Source: a virus (Duplodnaviria; Caudoviricetes). Taken from it: DNA of 30,748 bases. The DNA lies in the IMG/VR virus record IMGVR_UViG_3300027813_003349, positions 1 to 30,748 of that record. One strand, given 5' to 3'. The stretch's first letter is position 1, and every line of letters begins with the position of its first letter. The translations under genes and the position numbers were made by a program. Below are positions 8,655 through 17,149 of the stretch, piece by piece. The notes under the pieces were generated by a model that worked only from the letters and a program-made list of their open reading frames with translations, was not told the origin of the DNA and did not search any database.

Positions 8655-10220
8655 CTACCAATCCCAAACCGAAGAACTATAAACATTACCTAACTGGTCA
8701 AGAATATTTTTTGAATAGTTATACACACTACTACTATAGTCTGAATAATTAAACCTGACACCATTGGTTATATTATGTGAGAGTAAATTCATTTCCTGAG
8801 TAAAACAATCACTTCCAGATAACGAACTTGAAATATGTGAAGCTTGAGGCTCATTTAGTGTATACAAATGATTTTCACTCAATACTAATTTATCATCACA
8901 AAATAATGATCGTTGATACGGTAAGTCTGATTGTGGCTGTGGGTAGACAAGAACTTGATCAGTAGTTGTGGATACACTACTAATTGTAGCATCACTTAAA
9001 TTTGAATTTAGATAAACATCTCCATTTTGAACTGTACTAACTTTCTTAATCTCCCAACTACTACCACTTTTTATAGGCATTAATGTATTTCCATGTAAAA
9101 CCGTACCATCTACATCATAACAATTATCACAATATTTTGGTATTAGTGTATAATTGTTACTACCAGAGACAAAATTGAAACTCCCAGTATAAGATGTATA
9201 ATATCCTAATCTGGAGTCAACTGTGTTGTATGCATGTGAATTTAAATCTAAACTGTCGATTTTTACAGTTTTTACATCTACTAAATCTAAATTACTACTT
9301 GAAATGTGAATTTGAATTGGAGTATTAGTAGAATTGTCTGCTAATTTAATGTTAGTATTTTCACCACATAATCCAAACGAAACTATTTTACTTTTTAATT
9401 TTAAATCTTTATTACTATAATCACTAAAACTTTTTCGACTAAAACTACTACATACAAACGGGTTATCCGAATTGATGGATAATGGTAGTACAGTGCCATC
9501 TTCCATCAAAGCTACAATATAATGTATCTCATTAAAATATCCCCACTTATCATTATCTGGAGTATAATACTTTTCTATAAATGATGTTGCCATATGTTGT
9601 CTATTTCCACTCGGTAATAGTGAATTATCAATCGAAGAACTATAACTACTCGATTCATAAAATGCAATACCTAAATGTTGATCTCGTGTTGAGATTTTCC
9701 AAAGATAGTCTGGTATTCCACTTGAATTATGAGACTGTATTTGTTCCGAACCTGTCTCTGCCATTAAACTACCACTACCAATTTGATTTATGAATTCTCG
9801 TAAATTATCTTTCTTAATTGCCATATAATCTAATTTACTATTACCAGAAGTGCCGACTCTTAAATCTAAAATATCATCTGTTCCTACTTCAGTCATTCCA
9901 TATGGATAACTTTTTACATCTATATAAAGTGAAGAAGATATATTATGTATCGCCAAACTGGAAGACACTTTAGATTGTACTTCTTGAGAAATTGATTCAA
10001 TTGGATTTCCATGAAAATCGTAACCATGCCATGAACCGTAATTATGGTGTAATTTTACTTCTGATATTTCATTGGAATTACAGTAAGTTGCTAATCCATC
10101 GAAGCTTAAAAAATTTTCTATTTGATGCATTCCACCCAACAAAACATTAGTATTTATTTCAAGTAATTTTAAGGATCCACTTGATGGTATCCAATCAAAA
10201 CTACAAATTATGCCTTTCAA
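8655..10220 (-). CDS. circularly permuted ATP-grasp-like protein fused to a degenerate Hint-like domain
   Basis: N-terminal D...LKLLEINTN, later YLWK and FIEKY; GLCGENTNIKLADNS, VQNGD and LFCDDKLVLSEN resemble Hint blocks; TTG start with AGGAG RBS. Confidence 0.55.
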   Translation of the reverse strand: MKGIICSFDWIPSSGSLKLLEINTNVLLGGMHQIENFLSFDGLATYCNSNEISEVKLHHNYGSWHGYDFHGNPIESISQEVQSKVSSSLAIHNISSSLYIDVKSYPYGMTEVGTDDILDLRVGTSGNSKLDYMAIKKDNLREFINQIGSGSLMAETGSEQIQSHNSSGIPDYLWKISTRDQHLGIAFYESSSYSSSIDNSLLPSGNRQHMATSFIEKYYTPDNDKWGYFNEIHYIVALMEDGTVLPLSINSDNPFVCSSFSRKSFSDYSNKDLKLKSKIVSFGLCGENTNIKLADNSTNTPIQIHISSSNLDLVDVKTVKIDSLDLNSHAYNTVDSRLGYYTSYTGSFNFVSGSNNYTLIPKYCDNCYDVDGTVLHGNTLMPIKSGSSWEIKKVSTVQNGDVYLNSNLSDATISSVSTTTDQVLVYPQPQSDLPYQRSLFCDDKLVLSENHLYTLNEPQASHISSSLSGSDCFTQEMNLLSHNITNGVRFNYSDYSSSVYNYSKNILDQLGNVYSSSVWDW

Positions 10221-10266
10221 TGTATTTCTCCTATTATAGTAATAACTTTAAGTCTATTAATAAATA

Positions 10267-10800
10267 TCAAATATATTTAATTAAGTGTTCATTATAAAAA
10301 TAATTTTCTAACATGGGTAAATATATTAATCCCAACTCTTTCATTTGACTCTTATAATAATTTAATAATTTTAATTTTTCTTTAACCTCTTTCAAACTTA
10401 AATCATCACCTTTATTATCAAAACAATATAAATTATTCAAATCGGGAATTTCATTCTTCACACACTCAAAAACTTGCCTATGGTGTGGATGATGATATCC
10501 AGTATCACCAACTTCGTTGTGAGTCAACACCATATCCCAATTCACTTCCCTCAATACCTTATTCAATTTCTTTCTAATGCCCACTATATCTAAATCTACT
10601 TTCCATTCATCATGAAAATCCCATATCTCATAATCTACTTTTACTCTTTTCATTACCCTTTGAAATTCAGATTTTCTTATCTCATCTTTACCATTTGTTA
10701 CACAAATCACCTTATCAATATAATTATGTAACAATAACAAACTACCAGCAAAAATTACTTCATCATCAGGATGTGCTACAATTAATAAATTATTGTTCAT
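10267..10800 (-). CDS. PIG-L/LmbE-family N-deacetylase
   Basis: IVAHPDDE, RxxE, VLTH, HPHH and YKSQ motifs; likely start at 10800 overlapping the upstream stop. Confidence 0.88.
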   Translation of the reverse strand: MNNNLLIVAHPDDEVIFAGSLLLLHNYIDKVICVTNGKDEIRKSEFQRVMKRVKVDYEIWDFHDEWKVDLDIVGIRKKLNKVLREVNWDMVLTHNEVGDTGYHHPHHRQVFECVKNEIPDLNNLYCFDNKGDDLSLKEVKEKLKLLNYYKSQMKELGLIYLPMLENYFYNEHLIKYI

Positions 10801-11383
10801 ATGGAAACTCCACATTTGGAACTGATTTATCTAAAAAAGAACACAATTCTTTCCAACCATCACCATTATCACATATATTCATATCTAAATAATCTATATT
10901 TTTTTTATTTAAAAATCTTACATTACTGTCATGTTTAAATTGAGCCCGACCTTTAACCCACTCTTTTTGATATTCTGGGTAATTTCTAAATACTTCTTCA
11001 TCACCAACACCTAACCAATTCCAATTATCAAAATATCCTTGTCGTATTCTTTTAATTTTATCCCGCAAAACACTATCTACATAACCATCTAAATTTTTTG
11101 TTAAACTGATATATTTTGAGTCTGGATATTCATCTACAATATGACTAAAAACCGTAGGTTCATAAATAGGATAGTCTATATAACAATCATACATATCCAT
11201 ACCACTTAATATATCTCTTTGCATATGTAAATTATTTCCAATTTTATCTAAAAACCCTATAAAATCATCGGATTCACCCGTGTGTAATACATTATATCCT
11301 AAAATTTCTAAAGCCTTAGCTAAACTCTTAGTACCTGTTTTATTATATCCCAATACAAATATTTTACTCAAGAAATTCTCCAC
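10790..11383 (-). CDS. P-loop sulfotransferase-family protein (Sulfotransfer_4-like)
   Basis: KIFVLGYNKTGTKSLAKALEILGY, YPDSKYI and DGWKELCSFL...FP motifs. Confidence 0.78.
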   Translation of the reverse strand: MENFLSKIFVLGYNKTGTKSLAKALEILGYNVLHTGESDDFIGFLDKIGNNLHMQRDILSGMDMYDCYIDYPIYEPTVFSHIVDEYPDSKYISLTKNLDGYVDSVLRDKIKRIRQGYFDNWNWLGVGDEEVFRNYPEYQKEWVKGRAQFKHDSNVRFLNKKNIDYLDMNICDNGDGWKELCSFLDKSVPNVEFPYEQ

Positions 11384-12767
11384 TCGTCATCCAATCAAAC
11401 CCTATATATCCCATTTTTTTATGTATTGTTATTGCCCTACGATTCCATCCATCTACATATGCTAAATCATATTCAATATTTTTATTAATTAGGTAGTTTG
11501 TAATATATGTAAAGAAACTTTCAATTAACTTACCATGTTTTCTACTTGTTCTGTATTCAGGAAGGCATCCCCAATATCCACCATACGAATAATTTTTTGG
11601 TAACCTCATATTAATATCCCACTTATGATCATAAAATGTAAACTCATCAAAAAACCACCAATTCCATTGTATCAATTTTCCATTATGAAACATAGCACAT
11701 AAATTATGACCATTCTTTATTCTTTCTTTTGCTAAATCATAATCCCATAACCAAGTTTTAGTTGATATTTCATTTACATATTCCGAATTAATTAGTTTCC
11801 ATTCCTTTACCCCGTTAGTAATTTCATCTCTTCTATTTTCTAACGCTTCAAGTGTATCAATATCTTCATAAACCACTCCTCCAATATCTGGTGTGTGTAT
11901 TTTATATTCGTGTATAGATTTTCTACTAAACCAATAAGTTTCCTTATCATCATAAATCCAACCAGGTCCGTCAATTACATTCATTCTACTATGTGGTAAA
12001 ATCCCAATAGGTTCTACAAAGGATGTATCAAAATTCATATTTAATTTTTGTTTAATACATAAATCAACAAATCTCTCTAATCCCCAACCGAAACAGGCCG
12101 TATATTGTGCACCATCTATATTAAACTTTTCTACAAATTTCTTTCCATGTAAATTAAAAGAACCAAGTGCAATAGTTCTACTTTCATTTGGAACTTCGGC
12201 CCGTATTTCTATCTTAGAGCCTGAATTTAATTGAACCTTTCCTTTTAATTCTGATTTATCACCGAAGAATGGATCTGATGCTATCTCAAAATAATAATCC
12301 AACCCAAGTTGACTTAACATTTGTTCAGTATAAATCATTGCCCTATTGAGACTCTCTTCACAATATTCTTTCGTTCCTACGAAAACAATCTCTGATATCG
12401 TAAAGTTAAACATTCGTTCTAATGTTTCACCCTCTTCTTCGATTCGTGTACACTTACCAGTCATCATATAAGATTTATTTTCAGGATGGTGAGTATCACT
12501 TAACATACTATAACAATGATAACATACCGTAGGTGAACACATTCCCTTTTCATGACCATCTAAATCGTGGATTAAACTTGCTTGATTAGAAAAGGAATCT
12601 AAATAACCTGTCTTTTTTGCGTTATCAATTGATAAATGTGAAGGTGTCCAAATTCTTTCCGAATTAAACAACTCTCCCATTTTATAAGTTAATTTTTCTA
12701 ATTCATCTAAATAACGAACTATCTTTCCCTGTAAGACAAATAATCCATCACCTATTTTATTAATCAT
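11364..12767 (-). CDS. class II aaRS-like (atypical SerRS-type amino acid:carrier protein ligase) domain fused to a C-terminal GNAT domain
   Basis: PTVCYHCY, CTRIE, ERMFNFTISE, ASDPFF, SFNLH and TACFGWGLER; no tRNA-binding arm; C-terminal LPEYR..G and NRRAITIHKKMGY; likely start at 12767 (MINKIG) overlapping the upstream stop. Confidence 0.8.
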   Translation of the reverse strand: MINKIGDGLFVLQGKIVRYLDELEKLTYKMGELFNSERIWTPSHLSIDNAKKTGYLDSFSNQASLIHDLDGHEKGMCSPTVCYHCYSMLSDTHHPENKSYMMTGKCTRIEEEGETLERMFNFTISEIVFVGTKEYCEESLNRAMIYTEQMLSQLGLDYYFEIASDPFFGDKSELKGKVQLNSGSKIEIRAEVPNESRTIALGSFNLHGKKFVEKFNIDGAQYTACFGWGLERFVDLCIKQKLNMNFDTSFVEPIGILPHSRMNVIDGPGWIYDDKETYWFSRKSIHEYKIHTPDIGGVVYEDIDTLEALENRRDEITNGVKEWKLINSEYVNEISTKTWLWDYDLAKERIKNGHNLCAMFHNGKLIQWNWWFFDEFTFYDHKWDINMRLPKNYSYGGYWGCLPEYRTSRKHGKLIESFFTYITNYLINKNIEYDLAYVDGWNRRAITIHKKMGYIGFDWMTSGEFLE

Positions 12768-13026
12768 CAAGTGATATTCCTGTACCAGCCAACATTGTCT
12801 TTGGAACTTTTCCACAATTTCCACAACTATAAACATCTATCGGAACTAATGCTTCTTTTCCTGTTGGTGATACAATTGCTGATAATCTTTTTATTATCGT
12901 GGATTGTATAAACAACACATTATTACATTCAGGATCATCACATCTTACGGTATCTGCTTTCGATAAATCTACCTGTTGTTGTGGTTGCTGTGGTTGCTGG
13001 AACTGCCTTTGTGGTTTTGTACTCAT
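12760..13026 (-). CDS. small zinc-ribbon protein with Q/P-rich N-terminus
   Basis: CDDPEC and CGNC Cys pairs; AGGAG RBS. Confidence 0.75.
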   Translation of the reverse strand: MSTKPQRQFQQPQQPQQQVDLSKADTVRCDDPECNNVLFIQSTIIKRLSAIVSPTGKEALVPIDVYSCGNCGKVPKTMLAGTGISLDD

Positions 13027-13036
13027 TGTAACTCCT

Positions 13037-14194
13037 TTATACGTTTGTATGTATTTCTAAATTTTTATATTTTTCTCGTAAAGATTTTACATTTTTAAGT
13101 TCATTTATAAAATCTTTATACTTTGGATGATTTTTATTATTTATATTCTTTATTTTCCAAACATCATCGGTAAATGTTCCCCAATTATTTATATGAATAA
13201 AGTTCACTTCAGTTCTCATATTATTTAATTTTTGAAAATAATTTGACATTGTTATGAAACCTACCATTTCTTTATAATTATTATCTTGTACTACAAAAGT
13301 CATTCGTACAAAATCTAAATTTGGTATTTCTGTAAATATAAAATGTAAATTCTTTTGTAATGTTTTCCAATTACCACCAACTCTAATTTTATTATAAGTT
13401 TCTTCAGTACACGCATCAATACTAATTTCAGCAGTTATTCGTGGAATATCATGTAAATTACTTAAACTATTCCACATCTTCTTAGTCCATCCATTAGCAT
13501 TTGTATGTAAATGTAAATTTTGTGTATTGGGATATTTTTCCATATTAATAGACTTTAAAAGATTTCTCCAAAATTCTCCACCAAATCCATCACCACTCGC
13601 AGTAACATACAATTCGTGTGCATCATCCATAGAATCACACAAGATAACCTTTTGTATCTTCTCTGAATTCTCTCTTTCTTTACCAGTTGTCTGTATATAA
13701 TCTAACCTACAACTTGGACATTTCAAATTACAACTCCTATCATGTGAAAATATAACACATTCTGGACCCCATGGCAATTTAACTATCTTTTCAGATATAA
13801 TCTTCTTCCACTTCTCTTCGCCATTTGGATTTATTTCTTTTGCATTCCATAACTTATGAAAAGTACTCTCATCATAAATCGGAAAGTAACCATTATCATA
13901 AATGGTTTCATCTACATCCTCATTATACCACCTATTTAAAAATCCACATTCGGTTGAATCACAATATTTAAAATCACCATCGTGCATAGATTGTCTAAGT
14001 TTTTGAGCAACTTCCCCGTTCCAAATATCATCCCACTTATCTTCTAATGCATTACCAGAAGGGCCACAGGTTATCCAAGCATTAACCCATCGTTTTTCCT
14101 CTTCACTCCATCCACCTGAAACACATTGCCATACTTTTCCATCATGAAAGAATTCTGCATTTCTGAATGGAGCTACACAAAATCCCTTTCTCAC
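13037..14194 (-). CDS. radical SAM protein with N-terminal SPASM/twitch-like segment
   Basis: CNLKCPSC; N-terminal FCVAPF..GKVWQC..GN..IWNG..LR..YC..C; TNANG and ISIDA. Confidence 0.88.
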   Translation of the reverse strand: MRKGFCVAPFRNAEFFHDGKVWQCVSGGWSEEEKRWVNAWITCGPSGNALEDKWDDIWNGEVAQKLRQSMHDGDFKYCDSTECGFLNRWYNEDVDETIYDNGYFPIYDESTFHKLWNAKEINPNGEEKWKKIISEKIVKLPWGPECVIFSHDRSCNLKCPSCRLDYIQTTGKERENSEKIQKVILCDSMDDAHELYVTASGDGFGGEFWRNLLKSINMEKYPNTQNLHLHTNANGWTKKMWNSLSNLHDIPRITAEISIDACTEETYNKIRVGGNWKTLQKNLHFIFTEIPNLDFVRMTFVVQDNNYKEMVGFITMSNYFQKLNNMRTEVNFIHINNWGTFTDDVWKIKNINNKNHPKYKDFINELKNVKSLREKYKNLEIHTNV

Positions 14195-15114
14195 TTTACA
14201 ATTCCAATTATCTCCACAAACATAGCCATAACATTAATTTCTTTATCCACAACTACTGCATCACTTTGTTGATATTGACTTAATGCTAAAATACACTCTG
14301 CAACATGGCCTTTACCCCAATCATCTACGGTATCAAATAGTAACCTAAATAAATCACTAAAGTCTGTTACTTTTGAATCTGCTAATACTTGTCTAATGTT
14401 TTTAAACGAATTCTTTTTATCTTGTGTTTTTAAAATATCTAATACTTTTAACTTATAGTCATTTTGTATTGCCATCCCCTCATCAATAACAAGTTTACCA
14501 TTTATTACTTGTCTTTGAGTAGAATTTATTACTCTTCTAAGGTCTGGAAATCCACCATTAACTATAGTTACAATATCATCTACTGTTGCACCCACCTTTT
14601 CATTCTGTAAAATATTTGAAACATGAAGTGCAACTTCTTTTCTATCTGGTGGAATAATCTGAAAAGATTGACAACGACTTTGTATCGGATCTATAATTCT
14701 CTCTACAAAATTACACGTTAAGATGAACCTACAATGTCTACTGAATGTTTCCATTAAATTACGAAGTGCCGCTTGAGCATTAGGTGTGATATAATCACAC
14801 TCATCTAAAATGATAATCTTCATCTCAGCAAATCCAAGTGTTGAGGCAAAGTTCTTTACTTTATCTCTAACTACCTCTACACTATTCTCATCTGATGCAT
14901 TAATATACAAATAATCACAATCTATATTATTAACGAGTAATTTTGCGAGAGTGGTCTTGCCCGTGCCGGCTCTTCCGTACAGTAAAAGATGTGGCAAGTC
15001 TCCACTCTCCAGATAAACCTTAACCTTACTCTTTAGATGTTCATTTCCAATGTAAGTGTCAAGGTTTGAAGGCCGATACTTTTCAGTCCATAAACTATTT
15101 TTAATTTCTTCCAT
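14191..15114 (-). CDS. clamp loader large subunit (gp44/RFC-small-like AAA+ ATPase)
   Basis: WTEKYRP, GRAGTGKTT, INASD, ILDECD and SRC motifs; likely start at 15114 (TAATG overlap). Confidence 0.93.
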   Translation of the reverse strand: MEEIKNSLWTEKYRPSNLDTYIGNEHLKSKVKVYLESGDLPHLLLYGRAGTGKTTLAKLLVNNIDCDYLYINASDENSVEVVRDKVKNFASTLGFAEMKIIILDECDYITPNAQAALRNLMETFSRHCRFILTCNFVERIIDPIQSRCQSFQIIPPDRKEVALHVSNILQNEKVGATVDDIVTIVNGGFPDLRRVINSTQRQVINGKLVIDEGMAIQNDYKLKVLDILKTQDKKNSFKNIRQVLADSKVTDFSDLFRLLFDTVDDWGKGHVAECILALSQYQQSDAVVVDKEINVMAMFVEIIGIVK

Positions 15115-16343
15115 TATAACTTTTTCCATATCCAAATTGGTTCACAAAATCTTTTATCTTTAGTATCTTCTGCCCGTTGGATTGTTTCTTTATGAAATCT
15201 CTCATCACTTGCCTTTGCCATCCCTGCTCCACCACTATTTGGTCGTTTAGCCATTTCCATACCAATACAACCTTGATATTCTGAATCACTAAATGTTGAT
15301 AAGAAGTCATTCATAGGATTACAAATCTCTACCATATTTCTTTGTGATCCAGTTCTAGCAAATACATCAGCAATATTCACTAATAAATATCCACCACTCT
15401 TAATAGAAACCCATAAATTTTCAATAGTTTTCTGTAAAAAGTTTTTATTCCAATCATCTATTTCTTTATATCGCACCCAACTTTGAGTGTCTTCATAACT
15501 ATATCGCTCTACTGAAAAATATGGTGGCGATGTAAATACGGTATCAAACATATTTTCATACTCTTTAAAGTCCACATCCTCTGCGGGGGATTCAATAAAT
15601 TCACAATCCTTATCGACTTCAAAAAACATATTTCTATGTTTTTCATAGAACTCTTTTTGTTCTCTGTAGATAGGATGGTTTTCTTTTCGTGGGTCTATTC
15701 CAAGATAATACTTACCACTTTCACTACCATAGAATCCTGCTAATCTATCTCCCCAACCTGCACTAAAATCAAGTATATTTTGACTACCTAACTTATCGTA
15801 TAGTACTTTTGCCACATTTGGTTTAAATTGAGAACAAATATACTTTCTCAAACTTATCATAACTCTAAGAGCACCCTTATTTATTTTGGGAAGTTTTAAA
15901 GTATATGCGGCACCCATCAATGTAGTCATAAACTTATAACTATCCCAAGTTCTAATTGGTCCTGGTGCGATTGTTCCATCCACACTCCATCGATTTTCTT
16001 GTTGAAAGTAATTACTTGAAGCGTTACCTGTATTGATTCTTCTGAAGTATTGTTGTTTACCTTCGAATGTTAAATCATAACGATACTTTGTACCCTCTCG
16101 TGCAAACCACTCACCATCTACCAATAAATCATTATGTCTCATACCTTTAAGTTTCTGTAACTCTTTGTATGCTCCATTTTCTGAAATGTTCATGTATGGT
16201 GGTGGATATGTCATTGCAACTTTTGCAAGACTTTCTCGTACATCTTGTTTTTCAAATGTTTCTTTAATATAACTCCATTCTCCCTCTTCAATAGAGAGAT
16301 ATGGTTTCATATTTAAAAATTTATCGAAATATTCTAAGTACAT
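15114..16343 (-). CDS. DNA amino-methyltransferase (N4-C/N6-A), copy 2
   Basis: LDFSAGWGDRL (motif I) before FTSPPYF (motif IV). Confidence 0.83.
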   Translation of the reverse strand: MYLEYFDKFLNMKPYLSIEEGEWSYIKETFEKQDVRESLAKVAMTYPPPYMNISENGAYKELQKLKGMRHNDLLVDGEWFAREGTKYRYDLTFEGKQQYFRRINTGNASSNYFQQENRWSVDGTIAPGPIRTWDSYKFMTTLMGAAYTLKLPKINKGALRVMISLRKYICSQFKPNVAKVLYDKLGSQNILDFSAGWGDRLAGFYGSESGKYYLGIDPRKENHPIYREQKEFYEKHRNMFFEVDKDCEFIESPAEDVDFKEYENMFDTVFTSPPYFSVERYSYEDTQSWVRYKEIDDWNKNFLQKTIENLWVSIKSGGYLLVNIADVFARTGSQRNMVEICNPMNDFLSTFSDSEYQGCIGMEMAKRPNSGGAGMAKASDERFHKETIQRAEDTKDKRFCEPIWIWKKL

Positions 16344-17074
16344 TAGCTAACTTGTTGTGTTGCTACTAAATAATATTCTGATTTATATTGATCCACATCA
16401 AAGTTTATTTTACTCAAACCTGATTTACTAATCTTTAGAGTAGCACCTGTGCACTCTTTATTTGCACTCAATATATTTGAAAACATATTAGCATTAAATG
16501 AGATTGGTTCAAGTTCTTTATATTCTTCAACTTCAACTGGAATTGTAATACGATTACTTGCAACATTACTATAACCTATAACAACACTAACCTTTCCATC
16601 TTTAGTTATTATTGTAAATGATTCACTATCTGTAAGAGCACCCTTACCCATAATGAATGTATTTATAAAGTAAGAATTTACTTTAATATCTAAATCAAAT
16701 TCACTTGGTAAGTTTTTCAACGCTGGTGGTGTTGGTATTACACTTAAATCACTTAACATATACTTTGAAGTAGTATTATATTTAGTGTCTTTCATGTCAA
16801 TACTAATAAACTTATCACCTGCAGATGTTAATTTAAACTCAACATCATCACTCAAAACTGATAATAATGCTAAAAGTTGTGGTGTATTATAGACACCTAA
16901 TTCTGATGCATCTACTCCATCAAATTTATCTACTACTACCGAACCTACTACTGATTTATCACCTGAGATAAACCTTGTTGATAGTTTTTTTCCATCACTA
17001 ACCCACTTAACCGATTTTATTTCTCCGCCAAGTGCATATTTGTTAATATACCTAATTAGTTGTGTTTTATTCAT
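16343..17074 (-). CDS. sliding clamp, T4 gp45-like
   Basis: 243 aa; GVYNTPQLL and C-terminal ISKSGLSKINF...EYYLV pattern; lies between the polymerase and clamp loader genes. Confidence 0.75.
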   Translation of the reverse strand: MNKTQLIRYINKYALGGEIKSVKWVSDGKKLSTRFISGDKSVVGSVVVDKFDGVDASELGVYNTPQLLALLSVLSDDVEFKLTSAGDKFISIDMKDTKYNTTSKYMLSDLSVIPTPPALKNLPSEFDLDIKVNSYFINTFIMGKGALTDSESFTIITKDGKVSVVIGYSNVASNRITIPVEVEEYKELEPISFNANMFSNILSANKECTGATLKISKSGLSKINFDVDQYKSEYYLVATQQVS

Positions 17075-17149
17075 AACCTTATTGTCCTTTGTTAATAGTT
17101 ATTACTTATTTCTTCCTGTATATATACATATATACCAGAACTTCCAAAA

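Noticed and set aside
11364-12836. Calling the ORF a true seryl-tRNA synthetase and using the 12836 start
   Set aside because: There is no tRNA-binding domain; the first 23 codons overlap the upstream gene, and 12767 gives a coupled start
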